A stretch of DNA of 63,638 bases, the filler included, from Nemertoderma westbladi (taxonomy: Eukaryota > Animalia > Xenacoelomorpha): the NCBI GenBank assembly GCA_032718475.1. It is 3 parts of 3 records of this genome, joined end to end, with 100 filler letters (N's around TTAATTAATTAA, not from the genome) between each part and the next. Parts side by side here need not be neighbours in the genome. Positions count along the whole stretch, not along the records: positions 1 to 30,188 come from JAUCBJ010003707.1; 2 more parts are not named here. The stretch is one strand, 5' to 3'. A program made the position numbers and the translations under genes. The notes under the pieces are model-generated. The model was given only the letters and a program-made list of their open reading frames with translations, was not told the DNA's origin and did not search any database. The first letter of the stretch is position 1, and each line of letters opens with the position of its first letter. Of the stretch, positions 1 to 11,133 are shown one piece after another.

Positions 1-766
1 TGTAAAAAATGTAAATTAAATTGAAAATTAAAAAAAAATTGAATTAAAAATTGAGTACGCATTCATCTGTCCATATTTCCATATTTCCATCTGAATCAGA
101 ACTGTGGCAACTCAAACCATAACCAACTGCCACAAGTGATGTAAGAATCAATAAAGTGTTTCATAATTATTGAAATGAATTTATACTAAAGAGATTGTAA
201 TTGTATAATATAATATATTGACAAAATAAATATTATTATTTCAAATATTGATTAAGATAATCTGAAGGCAATACAATAATTAAATTTAGTAATCAATCAA
301 AAGTAAACACATATGCCAAAGATGTGATGTTTGGGTAACTGCTCAAGATCTAGAAATCATACAGTAATGCATTGGATGGTGCATATTTTTCCTTGAGATG
401 GGGTGCGGGTTTTAGGTGAGGGCTGGCTGGTGATGTCGATGTGTCTAAAGTTCACCAGTGGTGGTGAGGACGTGATTAAAACGTGATAATTGTCTAGGTA
501 GAACGTGTGAATCCCAGGTGATGGGGATCAAGCACTTAACCTCGTCATTGTGTGACTGTCGCTGTGTTACTATATGTAATACATCAAACAGGCCAGGAAG
601 TCATGTTCCGCTTCATTAGTTCCTGCTGATGCAAATGAATCATTACTTTCTTCAAACTTCAACGGTAAAAAGTTCCAGTCTTTAGTTCCCGCATCTCGTT
701 ATTTAACATTTTAATTTCAATTTGGATCTTTTATGATTAAAAAATTTATTAAACTCAGCTGGACAT

Positions 767-1254
767 GTGGCGGCCACCCTAGAAACGGACCTTAGCGTAG
801 GAATGTCAATTTTTGTTTTATTGCTTCATTCGATGCAGAATTTTCCGTAGAATTCGAAAATGAAAACGGCTAAGCGAGATCTTGTTTGGTTTGTGAGATA
901 TGGCCGTTTTTCTAAAACACTTTTCGAATAATTTTTGACATTTTTGTCAAAAAGTTGAAAATTTTAATTTGGCTCATTTTGACTCAAATTGGCCGATTTT
1001 AGCTCAAATTGGCATATATTTGGACGAAAAATTGGACTTCGGACATCAGTCAGCCATCTGGGGGTGAGTCATATTTTGGCTGAAATTGGCTGAAATTGTC
1101 CGAATTTGGCTGAAATCGCGAATGTAGAATCAGCTGCTAAAAAATTTTAAAAAATTTAAAAAATTTAACAAAATTTTCAAGGTAAAAACTTTAAATGCGT
1201 TTATCTCAGAACTATGTTCTCTACGTTAAGGTACGTTTCTAGGGTGGCCGCCAC
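767..1254. mobile_element. MITE / non-autonomous DNA transposon (~490 bp)
   Basis: Imperfect ~34-bp TIRs (GTGGCGGCCACCCTAGAAACGGACCTTAGCGTAG at 767; reverse complement ending at 1254), flanked by 4-bp direct repeat ACAT (763-766, 1255-1258); no ORF. Confidence 0.8.
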
Positions 1255-1766
1255 ACATGGTATCATTTACATTATTTGGTTTTGCGGTAAAGTCTTCAAG
1301 TAATAAGGATTAAGGAATGGCGTTTGATTATTTATAAATTACCTACTTTTGATTGAGTATACTTAATTTGTTTAACTTTACTGGAGACATTTTGCAATTA
1401 AAAAAAAACAATATGCAGTATGGTATAATCATCAGAGGACGCAGTAACTAATATATTATTATGAATTAATGATTTCAAGAAAAATTCTCTGTTCGCGCTT
1501 TTAGACTTTTAGCAGTTTAACCTGCCAATTTTAGTTGTCTTTTTGTTTATAAGTCGACTTTAGCCTATAACAAGTATTTAGTGCACAGCACATGAAGTAA
1601 CATTAGCCGAAGCCAGTCTATGCACGATCATTCACCCACTGTTAAGGGAGACTGGATTCGGGTGCTTTGAAGTGATTGCGGTGCAGACCTACGGTATTAT
1701 TCGATTGATTGTTACTATATAATCTCTGACAATATATTTACTTTTGGGGAAATTTTAACAGTTCCT

Positions 1767-2714
1767 TTAGGTTTCTTTTCCGATCTTTTGTCGAATAGTG
1801 TCTAACGCGTTTCGTTCAACTCTCTCCTTCACCTCGGTGACAGGTTGTATCGGGGTTAAACCGGGATGATTATACGGGTTGAACGGCGATATTAGGTGTC
1901 CGCGTCCCAATCCGGCTAGGTAAGATTGGCGAATATCTAGGGAGCCCACAACCGGAGTGCCACCGACTAATTGTTCGGGTAACACTAGATCTTTGAACAG
2001 TGAGTACAGTTTGGGAGGATCCGTGATACTATTACGATCAAGAGTCTGAGGTCTCACCAGGGAATGAGGAGGTCTGACCGAGTATTCCGGAACTCTGATC
2101 ATCGGTTTATTTAAGGATCGTTTGAGTCGAGTGAGCATAGGTGATACGTCGAACAAGTTTCGCTCGAAACTCCCGTAAGTATAGCGAGTAAAACTGTGTT
2201 TAGCGCAACGTCTATGCAGATGTTTATGTCTTTCCGTTTGTTGGTTGGGTCTAGGGCATTCATCGTAATAATACCAAAGACGCACGTCTTGTAGGGGAAA
2301 GTGGGTGATCTTTCTCCAGTTTTACAATGTTTCTCTCAAAAATTCCAAATATACGTTGAAGTCACTGCGTTTATCCGGTTCTTTAACGTCTTCTCTTTCG
2401 AGTCGATTTCGAATAGAATTTTCGTGTTCGATTCTCAGTTTATCGTTCCGACTCCGCTGGGATTGATATTTAAATGGGATCATTTCCCTTTCGGTGTCTA
2501 CATCGTCCGTATCGTGTAAATCGATAGGATGGCCAGTAGTTAAGAAGTCCATATACGTACCATTACAATGCGTATAGCGAGTGGTGAATTTTCTATAGTC
2601 CAATTCACGCGTGAGCTGTTCCTTTGACATTGGCGGTTCGATATATCGGCCATCGTCCTCCGTAGTGGGTTGACTAGCGTCGCCGTGTATTAAACTATCA
2701 ACAAACGCTTGCAA
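1767..2714 (-). pseudogene. Orphan ORF of ~315 codons interrupted by one in-frame stop
   Basis: ORFs 2322-2714 and 1767-2285 share a frame; reading through TAA at 2324-2322 gives ...ETL*NWRKITHFPLQDVRLWYYY.... No recognisable domain. Confidence 0.5.
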
Positions 2715-3592
2715 TGGTAGGGTAGGCTATATCGCTCCCTGATACCAAGATCATCTTCTATCAACTCAGTCATAGCTGCTATATGACTTTATAAATATTA
2801 TAATTAATTATATTTAGGCTAGCGGTCGTCGCTGCCTCCCCCTTAATGCCCCCGGACAGCGCAAGCTCCTCAGCGCTGATGTACTGTCGCCGCCGTGTCT
2901 CTCGAAAACGTAGTAGCTACACAACGACAACAATAACCAGCGCGAGTCACTCCACTGTCCGTCCCAAGGGCTCAGAATTACTTCAGGTTCTTGCTACAGA
3001 GGCAGGGTAACTTTCACAACTGCGACTCGCTACTGTAAACACACTTTAGTAGTAACATTCACCTATAAACGCACAAATTCCACACAACTGTCACAAATTG
3101 TACACATTCGGGCCATTTGTCCGTTAGTCAAGTGCCTTCCAGAATGCCACGTTATTATTATGTATCCCTGGATACTAGCAGTGTGCTATTTATTCCGTAT
3201 GCTATTCAATGGGGCAAGCTTTCTATTGTTCTTTTAACTCGCTTCTAATTCTAGCGTGGTTGTTGCTATGGTGACATTATGGAAAGCTAGCAGTAGAATT
3301 AGGGTAATTCTCATGCATACAGATCTGGGATGCTATTTAATAGTAATTCTTAAATTGTCAATATTCCCCCTTATACATGATTTTATGAATTTTATCGGCT
3401 ATTGACTATATGTTGGAGATTCTTGCACACTAATATACTTAATAGGGTGAATCTCTGCTCCCATGATCTATTAATTAATGGAATTTTGGGAATGCTATAA
3501 ATTGTATAAAATGACAATTTATCAAATTCATGAGAGGATATGAATTTAAATTTATTCCTGTAAATTTTATTATTTAATATTAAAATAGACAC

Positions 3593-3950
3593 AATTTTAT
3601 TCCAGAACATGTCTGGGAACTAGGATCCTTAATTCTAGGAAATTTGTCTTTTTAAGAGTATCGGTAAGTGCTACGATATCTTTATCGACTAGAATTTTTA
3701 AAGGATCTGAATTTTAACAGATTTTGGATTTCTAGATTTTCTTGGTTTACAAACTCCTTAGAGTTTATTTGTCTGCATTTACTCTATTATAACATTTGTT
3801 TTAATAGATTTTTATAAATATTAAATAATTAATATTTAAGATGGGCACCGAATTATTCTAGAACTTGTCTGGGGACGTTAACCACTGATTCTAGAATTTT
3901 GTCTTTCAAGTATATCGGTGAGTGCCGCGATATCTTAATCGACTAGAATT
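3593..3950 (+). repeat. Diverged ~100-bp direct duplication
   Basis: 3593-3695 and 3851-3950 share motifs such as TATCGGT(A/G)AGTGC...CGATATCTT.ATCGACTAGAATT. Confidence 0.7.
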
Positions 3951-4224
3951 ACAGATGGTCAAAGGGTTTAACAGATATATTTTGCGTTTTACGCTACTGT
4001 TAAAGGGACATCACGCTACTATATGTATTATTTAATATACGGTATGAGAGCAATATTGCAAGGAGCAATGTCAGTGAGAAGAGGCAAGTCGTTTCCAAGG
4101 TCTACCCAGAGCTTGGTTTAGCCGAGACACGAGGATCTGAACTTTGCATTCCTAATACTCTACTTACCAATAATACTTGAGTATAGTAGGAGCTTTATTG
4201 TACTTTAATAGGTACGGACATTTC

Positions 4225-5532
4225 TGTTGCCGTTATCCCAACACCAGGGGGGAAAAACGCCGATGCTGGAGACGTGACTTTACAGACCACCGAGCCCCGG
4301 CCAGTCACCGGATATTGATTGTGGAGAAGGAATGATTTCTGAGATGCAGGTTGCGGTTGAGAAAAAGCTGCATTAGTTGGATATACTCTTTAATGTAACT
4401 GAACTCTGTTGAACCTGATTGAGAATAATTTTGGGCTTCCCCAAATCAATATACACCAAATATTCACAATAATTATACACGACAATATAAATCCCTACAG
4501 TATATTATTTAATTACCCACTGTTCGCTCAGATTTTAGCCTAACTAATGTTCCCCAGATTTTCCCTAGGTCCTAGTCTTGATGCCGTAGTGTCGGTGTCG
4601 GTCGACCCTGTCGCGTGTCCGTTCCACCCCTCCCGAACCCCGAAGGGAACGATCATCGAGAACCAGCACGGCTTGGCTAAGGGTCGGTCCAGTCGGTAGA
4701 CTCTGTCGCGTATCCATACCACCCCTCTCGAACCCCGAAGGGATCGGTCATCGAGAACCAGTACGGCTTGGCTAGGAGTCTGTCGTGTCGGTGGACCCGT
4801 TCGCGTGTCTGTCCCACCCCTCACGAACCCCGAAGGGTTCGATCATCGAGAACCAGTACGGCTTGGCTAGGGGTCCGTCGGTTCATCGCAGAAACCCAAC
4901 CACCTAGGCTTTCCGAGTCCCTTTCAGGCTCGTAGTCGCTTCAGCAGCCGAGAAACTGCTCCGAACAGTCGGTAGGCCAGTAGAGTCTAGTCCTTTGTCT
5001 TTCGACCCCGTCGCGTGTCCGTCCCACCCCCCACGAACCCCGAAGGGAATGATCATCGAGAACCAGTACGGCTTGGCTAAGGGGTCTGTCGTCGGTCCCG
5101 TCGCAAATCCCTGGTACAAGCAGTCAGCGTTCCGAGTTCTTTTCAGTCTCGTAATAACTGCTGTTGACCAGAGACCGCTAAGGGCAGTCCTCATCAAACC
5201 CTTCTTCTGTAAGTCGGCCGCCCTTTCGCATGTCCGTCCCACCCCTCGCGAACCCCGAAGGGATCGGTCATCGAGAACCAGTACGGCTTAGGTAAGGGGG
5301 CTGTCGTTGCCCGTCGCAAATCCCTGACACAAGCAGTCAGCGTTCCGAGTTCTTTTCAGTCTCGTAATAGCTGCTGTTGACCAGAGACCGCTAAGGGCAG
5401 TCCTCGTCAAACCCGTCCTGTGGCCAGCCCTTTCACATGTCCGTCCCACCCCTCGCGAACCCCGAAGGGATCGGTCATCGAGAACCAGTACGGCTTAGCT
5501 CAGGGGGCAGTCGTTAGTCGGCCACCCTTTCG
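4225..5532 (-). repeat. 3' LTR, truncated (lacks ~490 bp of its 5' part)
   Basis: Near-identical to 13607-14914; similarity stops at 5532 at a GACTT-repeat junction. Confidence 0.9.
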
Positions 5533-6604
5533 ACTTGACTTCTACTTGACTTGACTTCGACTTGACTTGACTTCTAATGACTTCAAATGGACCGAATAAT
5601 CCGGCGCTCAGTAGCAAATCCACGTAATGGAAAGGTAGCGTGGCCGACGTGTGGAGGCGTTCCGGGAAGGAGAAATACCCACACGCCATCTCTTGCGCGA
5701 TATTCTGAGCGTTTCTCCGAACCTTGGTCTTTAAGTGGCTGTTTGCGTATGTTTCAAACATGACCATATTTCCCATAGCGGTTACGTCTTTGGTTGGACA
5801 TTTGATATAGCAGCGGGGGCTAGAGGAATGTCCACGGAAACCGCACGTGGTGCAGAGGTTATATAGGATCGGACAGACGGAAACGTCGTGGCCCGATGTC
5901 GCGCAGTATGGGCAATAGAGTATCCCGATGAGCTGGAGGCACGAATCGGTAACCCGATTCCTTCTACCGCGTGGGCACTGCTCCGAACCGCAGTTGCCAC
6001 AAACCTCCAATTGCATCTCTCGACCGGGGAATATCGGAATCGGGAGGCCGACGTAATATTCGAGTCGTCGGTTGCTCTTCGGAATATTCGCGGTGGCCGC
6101 TAGCCCGCGGAATGCTAGGCTTTTGCGTAGTAGGTTCTCGCTCTGATAACCTTCTTTGTGTCCCGTTGGTCTCAACTCGGACGACCGTTTCTGGCGGTGG
6201 ATCCATTCAGTTTGCTCGGCGTACCAGCGGGTTAGTCGCATAGGGTCCTGAGGAACGGAGGGTGTAGTAGCCACCGCTGGTCGGCGAAGAGGTGCCGGGG
6301 TTTTCGACGGAGGGATTCCGAGGAGATCGTCGGGAGTCGGCGCAGCGCTGGGGCCCTTCTCGACCAATATCGCTGAGCGGGTCCGTTGATTGCTGGTACT
6401 CGGAATCTCCGACGACCAGTCTTCGCCACCCGGGAAAGAATACGGGGATAACCTTTGGCACGTATCGCCGAAGTCGTTTAACGCGAAGGTAGTAACCAAC
6501 TCCCTCGCAGGGCTACCGAAGCCGAGTGGTGAGGAAACGTTTGGCGGCCGGTTGGTAAGCGGCCTCCGGCTCGAGTTGTCGCTTCGGGGTAGAGAGTAGA
6601 ACAC
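5495..6604 (-). CDS. Pro/Ser-rich protein with Cys/His zinc-knuckle-like motifs; 3' end truncated and running into the LTR
   Basis: CGNCGSEQC, CPYCATSGHDVSVC (CX2CX4HX4C), CTTCGFRGHSSSPRC; overlaps the end of the exonuclease ORF in another frame, with a GTG start just after a TAA. Confidence 0.6.
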   Translation of the reverse strand: MFYSLPRSDNSSRRPLTNRPPNVSSPLGFGSPARELVTTFALNDFGDTCQRLSPYSFPGGEDWSSEIPSTSNQRTRSAILVEKGPSAAPTPDDLLGIPPSKTPAPLRRPAVATTPSVPQDPMRLTRWYAEQTEWIHRQKRSSELRPTGHKEGYQSENLLRKSLAFRGLAATANIPKSNRRLEYYVGLPIPIFPGREMQLEVCGNCGSEQCPRGRRNRVTDSCLQLIGILYCPYCATSGHDVSVCPILYNLCTTCGFRGHSSSPRCYIKCPTKDVTAMGNMVMFETYANSHLKTKVRRNAQNIAQEMACGYFSFPERLHTSATLPFHYVDLLLSAGLFGPFEVIRSQVKSKSSQVEVKSKGWPTNDCPLS

Positions 6605-7907
6605 CCTCGTTTAGCCATATTTCTTCCCCTTCCGAAGAGATCAGAGGCTCCTCCGCACCGAGAAGTTTGGTAATCGTAGGGATGTCGTAAGGTCCGCTCT
6701 CGTCCCAGGAATCGATAACGGCGAGCGTTTTCGTCTCTCCCGGTGTAATGTTCTCGACTGCTTTGAACGCGTGGTTTATGACCTCGTTCCAGTCGTAGTC
6801 GACGAAGGAAAGGGGAATCGCCGTAATGAGGTTGTCGAGAGTCTTACAGATAAACTTAGCGACGGTGTAACACTCCATAACGACGTAGACATAGTTCCGT
6901 CGATCGGGATTCTCCCACCTTTGGTGTATCGTCCACTTCCGATCAACGTCCTTCCATCGACCCTCTCGCTCGCTCTTTATTTCTAATCCTGGGTATCCAC
7001 CATATATTTTATTGTAGTCCCGAAATTTCTGGGGTTTGAAGTCGATGCCGCCGTTTAGCACAGCGAGGTAGCCGATCCCGGATTTCGTCGGTCTCACCTC
7101 TTGGAATCCTCGCATGAACTCGGCGAATCGTAACCAGGCTAGTAGCGTTTGAGTGTCGATGCAATGGCTAAGGGCGTTGAGGTCGTCTCGTCGGTTTCTT
7201 CCTGAAGGAGCGTTCGCGTAGTCGTTCCGGACGTCCGCCTTGATATCCGACCCGATTTTAATGACGTCGAAGTCGAAGAGGATCTTTTGGATTTCCGGAG
7301 GTAGCAACCAGATCGCTCCGGCTGCCTGCACTTCCTGTCTGGGTGTCGGAAATATTCGACACACCAATACCAAACCGTCCAGGGTTCCGAGGACGACGAC
7401 CAAGGATCGACCGTATTCTTTCGCCCCGTACTTTTCTTGGTAGTCGTCGCGATTCTGGATGGTCGATATACGTTCCTCTCGAAGCGTTGCCATACACTCC
7501 GACAGGTTTCCCCAGTGGGCGAGGTACGTACTCTTGTCGTCGACGAAACTTTGACATCTCGCCAACGTAATCGCTTTCGAGGTGGGCGTCGCATTTCCCT
7601 CGTTGTCGTAGATCAAACATCGGGATCTGTAGACGCTCTGCCGGAACGTTTCCCAAAACGACGAATCGTCCCCTCCGGTTGCCTTTGCGTTCCAAGTTCT
7701 TTTCAGTCTCGTACTAGCATCGGCTAACCGGAGGGCTCGTAGATTCTTGGAATCCGGTCCCTCTCGCCCGGTGAATTTAACGACTCGCACGTTCTCATTT
7801 AGCAGGGTGCTCCAATTTGTATCAAAGTCAGGGGATCCAGGTTGCGAATATTCCAGTAGATCTATCGTGTTACGTAATTCGCCGATAATTTGGCGATTTG
7901 GGTCCAT
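6513..7907 (-). CDS. DEDDy-type 3'-5' exonuclease-like protein (WRN-exo/EXD/mut-7/RNase D family), retrotransposon ORF3
   Basis: 464-aa ATG-initiated ORF; Exo I-like LIYDNEG; Exo II region LPPEIQKILFDFDVIKIGSDIKADVRND matching the family pattern LP..L..LL.D..I.KVG..I..D; CIDTQTL; Exo III-like RNYVYVVMECY with E in place of the last D. Confidence 0.7.
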   Translation of the reverse strand: MDPNRQIIGELRNTIDLLEYSQPGSPDFDTNWSTLLNENVRVVKFTGREGPDSKNLRALRLADASTRLKRTWNAKATGGDDSSFWETFRQSVYRSRCLIYDNEGNATPTSKAITLARCQSFVDDKSTYLAHWGNLSECMATLREERISTIQNRDDYQEKYGAKEYGRSLVVVLGTLDGLVLVCRIFPTPRQEVQAAGAIWLLPPEIQKILFDFDVIKIGSDIKADVRNDYANAPSGRNRRDDLNALSHCIDTQTLLAWLRFAEFMRGFQEVRPTKSGIGYLAVLNGGIDFKPQKFRDYNKIYGGYPGLEIKSEREGRWKDVDRKWTIHQRWENPDRRNYVYVVMECYTVAKFICKTLDNLITAIPLSFVDYDWNEVINHAFKAVENITPGETKTLAVIDSWDESGPYDIPTITKLLGAEEPLISSEGEEIWLNEGVLLSTPKRQLEPEAAYQPAAKRFLTTRLR

Positions 7908-8449
7908 ATTTACGATTATATCCGTTACAAATTAGATCAGTTAATTATAAGTCCAGAAAGTCTGAAACTATAGCGATAGCAGAATAATTCAGTTTTTTAT
8001 TTAATTCAGTTTATTAAATAACATTGCTATATAGACATCTATCATCTTATTGCTAATACATTCAGCATTTACAGTTACTATAGCTATACATTAATATCCA
8101 ACCAGTTTTTTATGACTTTTTATGTCCTTTCTTTTTTCCAATTCTTTTCTTCAGACTTTTTTATACCTTTTTTTTGTCTTTTTTCATTTCTCTTTATTAT
8201 TTCATCACATTTCATTTATTTCCACATATTTCATCATTTAGTTCCATCATTTATTTCACATTTTTCATTTATTTCCACATCATCATTGGGGTTATAGCCC
8301 CAATCATTTGTTATAAGCGCAACACCAGGGTGCGCATCATTACATTTTCATCATCATACGCGTCACCATTCAGGTTTATAGTAGAGTTGTCTGATCCTTT
8401 TCATCATTTCCAACTACATTCAATCATCTTCTTTGGTTAATCTTTGTCA

Positions 8450-8880
8450 TGGAAGGGGTGTTACGCGGCAATCTGGGATCTACAGCTGGACTCGTTACAC
8501 CGCCTACGCCCCAAACTGCGCACGTAACGGACAATGAAGACGCTAGGAGTGAAGTCACGTGGAATGCACCAGGGACCCACCAGAATAACACTCCCAACAA
8601 CATAAAGCTCAGTCGACGAAGTCATGTGGGATGGGGTTACGCAACATTCTGGGATCTACAGCTGGACTCGTTACACCGCCTACGCCCCAAAATCCACGCA
8701 ACGGTCCCACCAGAATAACGCGACTGAGAAACATAAAACCCTCTATCGTCGAAGTCATGTGGATGCACCATGGACCCACCAGAATAACGGGATAGAGGGG
8801 GTGTTGCGCGGCAATCCGGGATCTACAGCTGGACTCGTTACACCGCCTACGCCCCGAACTGCGCACGCAACGGACAACAT
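8450..8880. repeat. Three mosaic repeats in the pol-ORF3 intergenic region
   Basis: Core GGGATCTACAGCTGGACTCGTTACACCGCCTACGCCCC is identical in three copies (~8476, ~8650, ~8818), interleaved with a second module GAAGTCA(C/T)GTGG...CCCACCAGAATAAC. Confidence 0.85.
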
Positions 8881-9148
8881 AACATACTGCGATGAATACA
8901 ATGAATTCCACTTCAAATCTTTTCCATTTCCAATAATCCAATATCGTAGGTCCCGATGACCAAAATCAGGGTAAACAATACATAAACGACCCTGCGTCAG
9001 TCGAAACATCTGCAGGGTGACGCTGGACTCCACATAACACACGAGGAAACACAAATACCATGCGTGGTTACAGTTGGTTTAAGGGGGGGTCCATATCATT
9101 GTCGATAAATCACAGTTTATTAAAGTTTGTCAACAGGATGAGAAGGGT

Positions 9149-9931
9149 TTAAACGCATTTATAATTGTCACCAATGTCTGCAGCAGGATCTTGAGTAGGG
9201 ATTTTATCACCTCTCGTAGAATCACCACTGTCATTGCCTTTGAGAAGGCACAGCCTCTGGATAGGGCATTGGTAGTGGCCCTTTGCCGTTCGTATCGTCA
9301 CAGTCCTCGCAAGTCCGTCTTTGCTCGGGTGTATGGTCACGACTCGCGCCATAGGCCAGTGGACGCGGTCTTTGAGATCTTCTTTTACCAATACCATGTC
9401 GCCAACTGCAACATTCCTGTAGGTGTTGTTCCACTTCCTCCTGGTCCGGAGGGTTATGAGGTACTCCTGGGCCCAGATTCTCCACCAATGCGCTGCCAAC
9501 GCTTGGGCCTTCTTCCAATTTGTATGTCTCGCGATCTCGTTGGGATCCGGGAACATAGTCTCTGGGAGAACGTGGGTTTTGGGTCTCCCCAGTAGGTGAT
9601 TAGGAGTAAGGGACTCAACTGAGGCGTTTGCCATCCGGGTATTACGGCAGATTAGTCCGTGCTCTCCCGTTAATGGTGTCAATGTTATCAACGTCATTAT
9701 TATCATCAACAACCTTATTAGCCACCAAAGCATGGGCAAGCGCCAATGTCCGTCTTTGGACGTTGCCTGATCAAAAATGTCGGTACAATATTGATCTTCC
9801 TCGGACGGATTCTCGTCCTTCTCGGCAAACTCTCGGGTCTCCACATTAAAGCATCCGGTCATCTCCCGCTGGGTTCTCTCAGTCTCAAGGAAAAAATCCT
9901 CGTCCAGGTCTGTAGCTGAGCAATAACCCAC
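9149..9931 (-). pseudogene. BEL/Pao pol remnant: pre-RT linker fused to integrase C-terminal region (DUF5641-like); RT, RNase H and integrase core deleted
   Basis: DGHWRLPMLW (compare DGHYEIGLLW just before RT in the second BEL element) is followed closely by LTPNHLL...WWRIWAQEYL...RRKW...VGDMVLVKED...WPMARV...PSKDGLARTVTIRT. Confidence 0.88.
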
Positions 9932-9936
9932 GGAGG

Positions 9937-11133
9937 TTACATTTTCTTTAATCTGACATTTAGGAAGGTATGTATAGTAGTGTCAGTAGTCTCTTCCTTG
10001 ATGCCGCAGAGGGTCCATCCCATTATGGTTCGTTCAGCGTAAAAGCCGTCATCTTTCTTTATGGATCGGGCGATATCTCCGGTAGGTATGTGTAATTCCG
10101 GTGTATCAAGTCTGATCAGTAGGGTGATGCGGTTTACGTCCAACTGCGGACACCTCAGATCTACATCGTCTCGGTCCAATTGTATGAGGGGGGCGTACTC
10201 GGCTGATTGTCGGAACCGCACTCGGAGGTCTGTGTGTACCAAGGCGTTTTTGATGGTTAGCTTGACCGTCTCGTAGCCCTTCATTACTCCTTCCATTTGG
10301 AGTTGCACCTCCCCAGACTCTACCTCTCGGTTATCGGTGATGGTTTGTATGGGCCGTTTACAAGGTTCATATTCTAGGCCGAGTTGCTCGAGGAAATCCC
10401 AGTCGATGATGGTTCCGTCAGACCCGTTATCAAGGAACGCGAGCGTCGTCAGGGATTTGCCGACTCCCTGAATCCTTACCGGGATTACCTTTGCGATGAC
10501 CATGTAGCGGCGATTTATAAGATTAATCGTGGCTGAAATGTTGGTTACTTGTGGTTTATCGGTGGAGATTTTAAACGGATTGGTTTCGCTCCGTTGGGTA
10601 ATCCGGGTTCCTTTGGAAACGTGGTTCGTTTCTCCTCTTCGCTTGGCTTCGATCCGAAAGGGGAGGGTAGTGAAGTCGAAGTTCGCGGGGATGTGGAGGA
10701 GCGTGTGATGACGTAGGTCGTTACAAACCGCACAACACGACCTTTGGTCGCAATCCCGAACGTAGTGACCTGTTCCAAGACACCGGAAGCATCCTCGGTG
10801 TTTCATCATCGCCTCGAAACGTGGGACGAGTTCAGCAAACTGGAACTTTCCGCAGAATTCCAACTTATGTTTCTCTCCGCAGAAGAGACATATAGGGGAG
10901 GCTATGGTGCCTTCCCTTTCGGGTGCCCAATTCGCTAGGTAGCATGCCCATTCTTCTGCTAAGGTCGGTTCCTCGTAATCCTCGTCATCCGAGTCCTCAG
11001 CCATACTGATGGCCATCGCACTCACAGGAGTAGGGCGGAATCTTGGGTTTGGAGTGGGTGCCCTGCTCTGGTAATTGCTCTCCATTGCGTCCAACTTGGC
11101 GAGACTCTGTTTCGAGAACATCGAGTCATTCAT
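9937..11133 (-). CDS. BEL/Pao gag zinc knuckles plus aspartic protease (frameshifted continuation of gag)
   Basis: Triple knuckle CLFCGEKHKLEFC / CFRCLGTGHYVRDC / CAVCNDLRHHTLLH; protease motif LAFLDNGSDGT. Confidence 0.9.
   Translation of the reverse strand: MNDSMFSKQSLAKLDAMESNYQSRAPTPNPRFRPTPVSAMAISMAEDSDDEDYEEPTLAEEWACYLANWAPEREGTIASPICLFCGEKHKLEFCGKFQFAELVPRFEAMMKHRGCFRCLGTGHYVRDCDQRSCCAVCNDLRHHTLLHIPANFDFTTLPFRIEAKRRGETNHVSKGTRITQRSETNPFKISTDKPQVTNISATINLINRRYMVIAKVIPVRIQGVGKSLTTLAFLDNGSDGTIIDWDFLEQLGLEYEPCKRPIQTITDNREVESGEVQLQMEGVMKGYETVKLTIKNALVHTDLRVRFRQSAEYAPLIQLDRDDVDLRCPQLDVNRITLLIRLDTPELHIPTGDIARSIKKDDGFYAERTIMGWTLCGIKEETTDTTIHTFLNVRLKKM

Noticed and set aside
4540-5291. Short ORFs within the LTRs (also 13922-14984)
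   Set aside because: By-products of GC-rich repeats, with non-ATG or weak starts and no domains.
4600-5500. LTR array as a CRISPR array
   Set aside because: Eukaryotic LTR context, no cas genes, spacers of very unequal length (about 25-150 nt) and partly duplicated.
5316-10460. 12-13-nt matches between LTR spacers and other coding sites (GCAAATCCCTGAC inverted at 10448; ACTGCTCCGAAC at 5977)
   Set aside because: Short enough to arise by chance in a comparison of this size.
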